Source: Bugula neritina (lineage: Eukaryota > Animalia > Bryozoa). From it: DNA of 64,000 nt. The position numbers and the translations under genes were made by a program. Below, one piece after another: positions 8,732-19,700 of the stretch (position 1 is the first letter of the stretch; each line of letters opens with the position of its first letter). The notes beneath the pieces were generated by a model, which saw only the letters and a program-made list of their open reading frames with translations, made no database searches and was not told the DNA's origin. The stretch is from positions 7,270,707 to 7,334,706 of the forward strand of contig OZ037767.1 in NCBI GenBank assembly GCA_964035545.1. Direction: 5' to 3'.

Positions 8732-9487
8732 GAAATAGAAAATCTTTCGTGGAAAAACGAAATTAATCGTAATAATAATCCTTTACTTCCTAAAAGCATA
8801 AGAGGTCTTATCGTTGGAAAGTCTGGATGCGGTAAAACTACATTACTTTGTAACTTGCTATTACAACCTAATTGGCTCGATTACGATAAACTTATGATTT
8901 ACGGTAAAAGTCTTTCTCAACCCGAATATATAAATATGAGGAAGGCTTTCGAACGTAAATTAACTAAAGAAGAAATTTTAAATTTTTTTAAAAATAGTGA
9001 CGCGATAATAAATTCGGGTATAAACGTAACTCGTATTTTAAAAAATAGTAGGGGTAACGGTAATATAAACGCCGAATTTATCGAATCTAGTGACGACGTT
9101 TATGATCCTAGCGAATTAGACGTTAATAATAAAAATTTAATAATATTCGATGATTTAATGTTGGAAAAACAAAAAACTTGCGAAAGTTATTACGTAAGAG
9201 GACGACACAATAACGTCGATTGTTTTTATTTGTCGCAAAATTATTTTAAGCTGCCTAGAAATACTATTCGAGAAAACGCTAATTTTATTTGTTTATTTCC
9301 TCAAGACGGAAAAAATTTAAATCATATATATCAAGATCACGTAACCGGAGATTTAACGTTAAACGAATTTAAAAACTTTTGTTATAAAGGATGGCAAAAA
9401 CCTCACGGCTTTATTACTTTAGATCTTTCTTCCTCAAAAAATAATGGGAGGTATAGACACGGGTTAGACGAATTTTATATACCGTAA
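8729..9487 (+). CDS. DNA packaging ATPase (A32/FtsK-HerA family)
   Basis: Walker A GKSGCGKT, Walker B LIIFDD, RGRHNN arginine motif, SQNYFKLP..IRENAN. Confidence 0.93.
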   Translation: MEIENLSWKNEINRNNNPLLPKSIRGLIVGKSGCGKTTLLCNLLLQPNWLDYDKLMIYGKSLSQPEYINMRKAFERKLTKEEILNFFKNSDAIINSGINVTRILKNSRGNGNINAEFIESSDDVYDPSELDVNNKNLIIFDDLMLEKQKTCESYYVRGRHNNVDCFYLSQNYFKLPRNTIRENANFICLFPQDGKNLNHIYQDHVTGDLTLNEFKNFCYKGWQKPHGFITLDLSSSKNNGRYRHGLDEFYIP

Positions 9488-9490
9488 TAA

Positions 9491-10269
9491 ATGAGTGTTT
9501 ATAAATTCGGAGGAAGCGGTAAAATTTCTTCAATAAATACAAAAAAATTTGTTTTAATAAACGGTAGTAGTACTCTTACGGGTACGTTAGATATGGGTGA
9601 AAATAAAATATCTAGAGTTATTGATCCGGCTGACGATCAAGACGTAGCCACAAAAAATACGTTGACGATACGAGTATGCCTAAAATATTACATCCTATTA
9701 ATCAATTAACTATATCAACCGACGATGGACGCGTTATAGATAGCGATTTAAAAGTTGATGATGTCGTTACAAAAATTAATGTATCTAATTACGCCGTACC
9801 TCTTATACGAGACCCGAGTGAAAAATTAACCGTATCAACTAATACGGGTAATATTGTAGATAGTAACTTAAGCGTTAGCGATGTCGTTACGACTAGTAAT
9901 ATAAATAATTTCGCTATAAATAAAATACAACCCGCGAATGAAAAATTAACCGTTTCAACTACTTCGGGTAATGTTGCGGATAGTAGTTTAAGCGTTAGCG
10001 ATGTTATTACAACTAGTAATATAAATAATTTCGCTATGAATAAAATACAACCAATAATTGGAGGTAAATTATTAATGCTTTCGAGTGATGGTAATATTGT
10101 AGAAACGGGTATAAATATTTCAGATCTTATTACAATAAATAATATAAATAATTATGCTATTCCTAAATTACAAGGAGCAGTTGGTAATAAATTAGTATTA
10201 TCAACAAATGATGGAGATATAACCGAATCTACTGAATCTCTACCAGTATTTTCGAGTTATAACGTTTAA
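9491..10269 (+). CDS. Fibre/spike-like repeat protein split by a -1 frameshift at 9652-9658
   Basis: LTGTLDMGENKI..V.DP..DQDVATK-[YVDD in the -1 frame] is a fibre/adhesin motif; the -1 frame runs into ORF 9676-10269, which has ~40-aa repeats (120-bp DNA repeat at ~9820 and ~9940). Confidence 0.7.
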
Positions 10270-10472
10270 ACGCTATTGGTAATAAATTATTATACGTTGA
10301 GAATATAATAATTTATTTCTATTACTAATAGTAACGAGTAAATGCATTCTAAAATAAAAGTTAATGTTTGTTCTAAAAACGTACAATTCTGGGACAGTAA
10401 ACTCAATAAAACAATAAACTGTCCTAAAACGTACAATTTCTAAAACTTAACAAAAAAAAAAAAAACTAATAG

Positions 10473-10573
10473 AGTAGTAGTAGGTGGATGCGTCCTAGGA
10501 CAATCCCTGACACCGGAGAGTCGAAGACTCGACGGGGGAAGGGTTGTCCTAGGACCATCCACCTACTACTACT
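10473..10573. repeat. Terminal self-complementary hairpin of the Polinton (AGTAGTAGTAGG...CCTACTACTACT)
   Basis: About 34-36-bp near-perfect arms with an inner GAGTC-GAA-GACTC hairpin. Confidence 0.9.
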
Positions 10574-10741
10574 TCTAACATATACCATACGACATATAGC
10601 ATATATAAGGTAACATATAATATATACCATCTAACATATAAGTTATTCAGAATTTTAACTTGTAATGTAAACAGGAATTATCTTAAAGTCTCAACTAGCA
10701 CTTTTAAAAAATGTTTAAAGTGTATATTGATGTGAGAAATT

Positions 10742-13700
10742 TTAAAGAGTCAAACTGGAGCACATTATATTCATTACCCGGGTGTTTCTAGGATTGCCGT
10801 CAGTTGCACCATACACATTGTCATGGACTTTACTCGTCTGTTTAGAACTGTCTGTCCTGGCCTCTTGGAGTACATGCGGCATGAAAGAGTTCCACTAAAT
10901 AATCAAGTGAAAAAAATTACAATTTGCAAACAGCTGTGATTCTCTTAACAACGTAGCTAAATGTTGATAATATCTTTAAAATGATTGGTTTTATGTGCAA
11001 GAAGTACAACTTGGGTAACAAATTATTTTCTTTTACTGCCCTAACAAAGGAAAAACTTTTTGAAACTCAAACGAAGGACCTGCAGGTACTTTCAGACTAA
11101 TTCAGACACGTGAGTCGTGGCTATAAAGAAGATTTACTTCACGTCTTGCATACTGCTGCATGTTTTTCTGGCATACACACCTTAACATAGATATACTATG
11201 TAAAGTTTTTTTAGACTAGACTGGGCTTGGGGGCAGCACTTCATCTGGGGGGGGGGTGGTTCATGCCCGTTTTGCCACCAGTTGTTATTACTAATTCAAT
11301 TGAAAGGCTAGAATGACTCAGCTTGACTCGGCTATATAGCTATCAAGCTGTTACATTAGAGAATAGCCTTTATTTTAAACTATTTATAACAAGCAGATGA
11401 CAAATACAATTAGTGTAATCAGTATTCTACTAGGTATAAACCCACAAGGTAGCTATTTTGTATTACATTATATTATTTTATATTCAAGTTTTGGTCTTTT
11501 GATAATTTATAGTGTTGTAGCTTCAATGTGAATAATGATATTTCTTGTATTTATGTTCTGAATTACTGTCAGTTAATCATGTATTATATAGTTAAGATTG
11601 TTTAATAGGTTTCACGGTTGGTAGTGGTTGGTAAACCATCAGTTGCTGATTGAGTCCTGGTTATACGTTAGAAATAAAGATGGAATTCAACCCGTGCACC
11701 TCTCTGGCCTAGTAGTTTATTCAGTGGTAAATGAGCGTTAGACTCTACTTATGCACCACAATTGGTCATAAGTCTTGAGAAAGTGAAGTGAAAGCTTCAT
11801 ATACTATATATGCTATATATATAATATAGATACTACTGCTACCCGAACAAGACAAAGTGGAAATAGGTGAGAAAACAAATATATACTACATATACTATAT
11901 GTTATGTTTGTGTGCTCTACATATAGCCTACTATATATACTATATGTTCTCACCTATCCCGCTTTGTCATGTCCGGGTATATATACTATATGTGTGCTAC
12001 TATTTCAAACTGAGTTACTAACCTGATCATTCTCATGAGTGTGAGTTCTGGTCATCTTGACTGACTCCTCATCATTCTTGTTTTCAAATTGCTAAAAGTT
12101 GTCAGGTATGAAAAAAAATCAATTTGCTCAGTTGAAAAGAGATAACTGCTTAAACATTTTAAGTTGGAGTGCTGAACGTTTCGAAAAAATTTCTAGATTT
12201 TCTTCCAATTATAACAGATGTGATGGCAATGATAATGGCCAATATAATACATCTATGGAAGAATATAAGCTTAAAATATTATATATTTACATATATAATA
12301 CAAAAATAATACAAAATATGCTGAATTTAAGTAACAAAACCTACCCTGTACTTGATTGGTGCCAAGTTTTTAAACCATCCAAAGAACAGTCTACCAGTAA
12401 GAAAGAGAAGTGAAAGAAACACAACTATTCCTGAGAAGATCGGGAGTCCATGACGCCAGCCTATATAATGCAAAAACTACTATTAATCTATGTTAATACG
12501 TCAAAACACAGAATATATTCAGAACAACAAGTACAGATTCAGTGATACATAGAGAACCCACTTGTCCTGAGGGTGTTGTAGAAGAGCATGTTAAACTGGA
12601 GTATTATCAGAGCGATGATGACAAAGTTGATAGCGCTGGTGTGGATGTGATGGTTTATCTTTGAAGGCTTGTAAGCGTAGTATAGGTTATATCTGTCTAT
12701 GTAATACTTTCCAATTACGTATAACAGCCCTGTAAACAGATAAGTACATACTTGTATGGTACGAAAAACCTGGCGCATTTCTAAAATTATACTCAGGTTT
12801 AAAACAGTTGAATATCTTGATTATTTCCTATTGCACTTTCTATGCCATATAAGTTCTGATAAGATTATATTCGAAAAAATGATGGCTTCTCTCTAAAGTT
12901 GCAGGAACTTACCAAATGGCGTGACTAAAGGACTGAGGATGCTGTACGCTACAACCACAGTGAAAATACACAACATCCATGCATACTCTTGGCCAAACTG
13001 AAACTCCCATATCACTGCCTGCAGCACACAAACCAACCTGATTATAGAAACAATTTGCACTCTACAGACGTTTTCTCAGATAAATTTCAACAGCAAAATT
13101 TTAGACTAAAAATAAGACCCAAATTTGTAGGGATAGTGGTCGACCTTAAGTTATATGCTGTTAATATCGGTCTAAAATCATGTGTAAAAATAAAGAAATA
13201 ATGATAGCTAAATGTCCTTGGAAATTTAGCTAGGGTTCAGACTCTTTAGTCTGAGGCAGATGTAGAGTCGTAGATTGTTCAAACCTAAAAGGGTGGTAGC
13301 TTGCGAAACATAACAATTTAGCTTTAACTCAAATTTCAAACTGATAAAGCAATTAATCCAAACTGAGTAATAACTAACACAACATATACAAGTTCCTAAT
13401 TTTTCTAATCATCATACTCGATTTCTTGCACGTAGGAGTTATAATCTCCTGACTAATTTGGTGCATTAAAATTTGCTTAACCATCAACCATCATTTTTAC
13501 TATTATCAACAAAATATTCATGGTGGTTTTGATGTTGAATAGCGCAGTTAATACTTAGCATGACTCGAACAATCAAAATAACTCTTTGGTTCTGCCTTAT
13601 AGAACCATAATGAATAAATCAATAATATAAATGATTATTAATTTGAGAAGATGACTCACCCTTCTGACAGCAGACTGCTCGTAGGCTGACCTTGCTGCCA

Positions 13701-16700
13701 GCATTCTTAGCACGTACATTGTGAGTTCAGGGAACCTGATTAAGGTCAAGGCATTCCCAATGAATGCACTTGTTATTACATAGTTGACAAAGAAGGCTCC
13801 ATTACCAGGTAAGAAGATGCACCTAGGAAAGTAAATTAAGCAATAATTAAAAGCTAGGAGTGTTTCCTAAATAAGCAGCGAAATGAAATTTTTTACCTTC
13901 AATACTATGAAAACTAAGAGAATGAAAAATGATGTAAAATCTGACATATTATTTTTAAATTGATGAACACTAAATCAAAACCTAACTCTTCTATATATGA
14001 TTAATATTATTGAATGGATTTTTAGCCATTGTCATAATATTAGTATAAGTGAAGTAACTACATTCTTTTGATCTTCGTATACTGACTTTTACATGATGAG
14101 CTAGTTATTTTATATCTAACCAAATAAACCACTATTATATAATATAAGCTAAAATTTGAAGGACCACAAAAATTTGAGTTGCAAAAATCTGGTATCAAAG
14201 CTCAGTGTTCACTTAATATATTCAGGTATTGGCTAATAGCACTTTAAACATTCGTGGAGTAATCTGCTTTTATTTTGTGTTGAAAGCATGTGCAACTCCT
14301 CCGTTAACAGAATATTATGTTTTTCTGGTTAAAAATGTTTGTTTAAGTTAAAACTTTAATTATGAAGTTTTAAACTAGACATATTGTGTTAAATTGCCCA
14401 AACAAACTATGAACTCTATTAGAGAAGATGTCTTAATAAAAAGTTATTATGAAAAACTTCATTTCGTATATTGCATTTAGTTTGAATTGTTAAATTTCCC
14501 TGTAGCTAAATTATGGTATAGTTTGCAATGAAAATTAAAAACATGAAGCAGAAAGTTACATCAGATTAAAACTTGTCTTTGTCATAACACTGGCACGCAG
14601 CATTCACAGACAGCATTTGTACAATTACCCAGTATATGCGAATTTTAATATTTGCGATTGAATAATTGTGTTAAACTTACGCCCATCTCATCTCCCTCAC
14701 TTCTTTACGCTTTGTGAAGGCATACTCCAAAAATGCTTTTGCACTAAAAACATATAAAAAGTTAAATGAAATTTTTGTGCTCAGTTTTTCTATTTCAAAT
14801 CTAGTGTAAGTGAAATCATTTCTAGCAGTGAGGTATGACCTTCTGCAGAGTGTAGATTAAGTACCTGGGTAACCCGAGAGAACGTAGTATCACAATCATC
14901 AGAAGGAGAAACAGAAATGTTTTTCTCATGACTGTTTGGTGTTCTTTTGTTCTACAAAATTGATCAAAGTCATGGTGTATATGCAAAACGTTAAACTGAT
15001 ATCTTTCTCTTATCAATATTATTTCTTTTTATTCATCTGTCTTTAACAGTCTTTAACCAAAATTACACCCGAACAGTGGTTGTGGGCAATTAAAGTTAAT
15101 TCTTAGATTCTTCAACAGCATGCATAAAATGTGTAAGATAGCTGTAAAATTGATATAAGTAGTACAACAAACCAGCTAGCTTAGTACAAGGATTGCCGAT
15201 GTACGTACCTCGTCCAGTGACCAATGAACTGGTCAGAATAAAATACTATGTACGGCAGTATGACACTGAAGAACCACAAGAACAGGCTCGGTAAAAACTG
15301 AGACACAAATGCATTCTATAACAAAAAAACCACATAATCACCAAACTGGAGTTTACAAATTGCCAAGAGTTAAAACTAGCTTTGGCACCTGCAGTACACA
15401 ATGTTATAGAGAGTTTACTACAAATTGTTCAACTTTTTTCTTTTCCATCGGCGACTATTTCTGCAAATGCAATGAAATATACAAATGATTGAAAAAATAT
15501 GATTAAAAGTTATTGCCGTTTGAACCCTAACAAGTAATTATTAGGTGCAAATGCTACCACATTCATGTCAATAGTTCTATAACCTATACAGATAGAAGCT
15601 CACTCTAAGATTTGAGTTGTTGGGGTCGCGACCTTTGTCAGTGAGTATTGCAGAAGGAGTTGTTAGGAAGAAGAGAGTCAGCAAAACAGCCAGGTTTATA
15701 AAAATAGCTCTCAGCCACCATTTGAAAGGAGTAACAGACAGGTTCTGCCTACAAAGGTATGTAAGACATAATAAATATAATAATAGTTCAATGCATCTCG
15801 GCTTGAGTAATACGCATTAGAATGATTAGATGTTACTTAATACAAAGTAAATGTTAAACAAGCACATCTATGCAGAAACATTTCTTGTGCTTCTTCTAAA
15901 AATAATGGCTTTTATTCATGTCAAGAGAATTTTTTTATAGATCACAACAAGCTAATAAAGGAGAAAACACCTGTGCAAGTATAGTATATATTTTTATTTA
16001 TATTGCTTCACTTTCAATTATGATTCTTATTGTAACATTTTGTTTCTCGAAGAGTAAAAACTTGATACGGGAAGTTTTTCTTTTTAGAAGCAGATTTAAA
16101 AGTTTTAAGCTTTCTTTGTTATTTATAAGTTAAAAAAATTAGCTAATACTCACACACCGACACTAAAATTTTAACAGTGTATTAGTTTGTTAAGCTTGAG
16201 ATGAATATTTAAATATATAATAAACATAATGTGATGTAATAAATATTCATATTTAAAATTAAGTTTAAAGCTTAGTTTTATTTAATCAAATTTGTTGCCA
16301 AACTAACCAATAGATGTCATTTGGATCAGGTGCAAACTCCACGTCCCAGTTGGCAGAATCTACTTCTTTTGAAATGGAAGATGTTTGAGGTTTTGTTTTA
16401 CTGCAGATTGTGGAGTTGTAATCATAATACAATCTGTTAAGAAAATGAAACTAAGCTTGTTAGTAATAATTGTAAGATATTGCATATCCAATATATTACA
16501 ATACTAGAATTTGAATCACGTGTTTTATTTACAGTTTTCCTTGTACAAGTATCCTCCTATGACAAAATAATAGCTCTCTAAGTGAGGGTGCTTAACCAGG
16601 TAATACACAGATAATACACACTTATAACAACACAGGTAGTGCACAGGTAACCACGAAACCCATAATTTAAAGTAATATCTTATTATATAAAGCTGATTGC

Positions 16701-19700
16701 TTGGAACTTCTCTTTTTTGAGTGTCTTTTACTTTTATGACATGATATGTATGGAGTACCAAAACTATTACGCAAAGGAATATCACATGTATATTATTATA
16801 TACATATTTCAGCAATATATGTATGGTATATGACTATTATAATTTTAGAAAAGCAGCATTCACCATTATAGATGCTGTAAACCCGAACACACATACTTGT
16901 GTGCCATTTGTTCCGTGTTGAAAATGACAAAAGCTATTCCCGTGCATTCTTGAAAAGCATTTACTTTCTCCTTCTCCATAGCCTGCTCCAGTTTGTTCTC
17001 CTCATCCGTGTAATAGTCAATAGCATCTACCTGCTTGCAGCCACAGTTGTGGCAGCAGCAGCACAGTCGGCCAAAGTAGTACGGCACCATTGTTGGTCTG
17101 GTACCTGCACCAACACGCCATCATAACGTCGGATAAAGTAGTTAAACACACTTTGCAGTAACCTTTAGTGATTTGTAAATGTGTGTGCAATACAAACATG
17201 ACAAGTTGTGTCTTTGCTTAACATCTTTTTTTCATAAAACGACAGATAAAGTACAAAAACACATTACACCCAACTGCCAGTTTGTACTGATTGAATTTTT
17301 GTCAATTTTTTGGTGTTTCAGTGAATACAATTTGTCCTGCTTACCTGTTTTATCTCTCAAGTCTACTGAAGTTGTCTTTCCCTCATGAGCCCGTCTTCTG
17401 TGATCATCTAGGTTAGCTAACGTCTTAATGTTGAAGGAGAACTGAACGTCATCTACCACAACCCCTGGGTAGGCTTCCCTATAAATATTAGAGCAATTCA
17501 GATATTCTCAGGTGTCTATAGACTCTGTAAATCATTTAAGCTACATATAATCATAAATAGACTGAAACATTCAGTTTATGTCTACCTAATGATTATACAG
17601 TCTAAAAGTTATTAATTAAAATTGTGACAGTTTATCATAAGCAATAATTTTATGTAAATAAAACAAAGAAAGTTTAATGTTTCTGTTTTTCTAAAGTTTT
17701 TACAAAAGAAATAATAAATAATAGCAGTGAAATAAATTTGGGAACATAAGTGTGTCTTTGGTACAATTTACATGGATCATACACCTATATACAGGTGGAA
17801 TTACATTTCTCAAACTCACTTGAAATGCTGTAGAATCGTGTTTTTAAAGCATTTATCCTTAGGAATGTAGGAGAGCATTAGAGTTCGACATGCATCATCT
17901 TCATTCTCTACATCTAATTTAGCAGAAAATCTTCTCATGAACGCTATGGCTATTATTAGAAATGTGAGGGACATCAACGTGTGCACCCATAGTTTAGGAG
18001 AATTCACATCCACATTGCTGATCGTAGTAAAGCCGTAGTCAGTTACTGTGTCATCTAAAGTAAATAACAACAGCTTATAGTTTTTATGCGTCAGCACCTC
18101 TTATAATTATGCTGATTGTATGAACAGATAAGCTAGAAATATGTGCTTTGATAGCTAAGCTGACTAGTTCTAAATAATGTCCAGACCTGCTATTGTATAA
18201 CTTTACAACCATCAGATATTTTACTCATGTTTATAAACAAAAGAAGACTATTTACATATATGTAAGTGTTAACAGAAAGTAGGCCTACATCAATTACAAT
18301 AATTCATAAAATGCATTTAATAAATATAAATAATAATGAATATTATATGCATCTGTAGGTGTGCATCTTTAAATCATATCTTGAAAAATTAAACAATTTC
18401 TGGTCAATTTCTTAAAAAAATATATTAGTTTTATAACTTTGCGCTAAACACGTGGGTACATGAAGTTTTGTTTTTATAACTACAGAAGATCTTACTGAAA
18501 CTCTTGCACACAGTATGCTACCTCAAATGAACTGGGTTGCTGCTGCTAAATGTATGTTACATAGAATATTGCCGGTATCTTAAATAACAAATAAAATGTT
18601 AGTGTAAAACTTAGTTTGTAACATACTCTAAACAGCGTAGGAGTTTGTACAATTGTTGCAATCAATACAAGTCAGTTATATAACTCACTACTCAACAGCG
18701 ACAGCGTCAAGCATGTGCCCCCAAGACAGCTAGAAATGTGAGCTACAAACCTTCATTGCCACTGATATTTACAGGTAAGATGACAACCAATGAGAGCAGA
18801 GTTACGAGTGCCATGTATACAATAATGTATTGCTGGAACTGTAGATACTGCACTGCATCCGAACCGCATCTCCTAGCTATATGCTCTTCCCCCATTCTGA
18901 ACACCACAGTGAACCAGCTCACACCCTGCAACATAATTTATAGACTACAGAAATGCAGCAACCAGTGACGTTTATTAAGGATAGTATATAGGATATAGAA
19001 TTATCTATGAATTGGCCATTTCATCAAAGGTTTTAATATGATAAGTGAAAATTATATTCAATTGCATATAATGTGTGTTGACACTTATGTAGGTGATAAT
19101 CTATAAAATAATTATTACAAAATGCATAAAAAGTCAACATTTCAAATAACTTAAACGCAATACAAAATAGTATTTTTGATTTGACAATAGTTTCTCTAAT
19201 ATAGATAATATAAACAGAAGTTGAATATGAAGCAAGTCATACTATTTTGCTGGCCAAGTTGAGCAATTATCATAGCTAAAGGTCTAGGTTTTACTGTGAC
19301 TTACATATACCCCTATTTACTTGGAAGAAAAATCTATCATGAATTGTACTACGTGTTGGTACTTGAGGCTATTTTTGAGTTAGAAAGCTTATAAATGTTA
19401 TATAGCACTGGTATAATAGTCCAGTATTTTAATGATATGTCACAACTACTAGTGCTGCTATGTCTTCACTTAGGAAAGGTAGGTATACAAAGCTTTTTAT
19501 ATAAGCACTCAGTGTATGTTGTGCACATATAAAGTAAAGATAAAACGAAATATTCATGAATAATTAAGAGATATCAATAGAGGTAAGGGAGAACAATGGT
19601 TCATATGATAGTTATACATATGCTATTATAGGTTCAGTATAAAATATTATCTACTAATCAATATCAGAAAAGCTCATGGCACATGACAACGTGTGCTGTT

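Larger units (their letters stand above)
1..10573. mobile_element. Polinton/Maverick (adintovirus-like endogenous virus), right portion; left end lies outside the window
   Basis: Dense intronless cluster of pPolB, DJR capsid, penton, rve integrase and A32-type ATPase genes. Ends in ...CCTACTACTACT (canonical Polinton AGTAGT/ACTACT terminus) at 10573, after which spliced host sequence begins. Visibly more CpG-rich than the flank. Confidence 0.95.
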
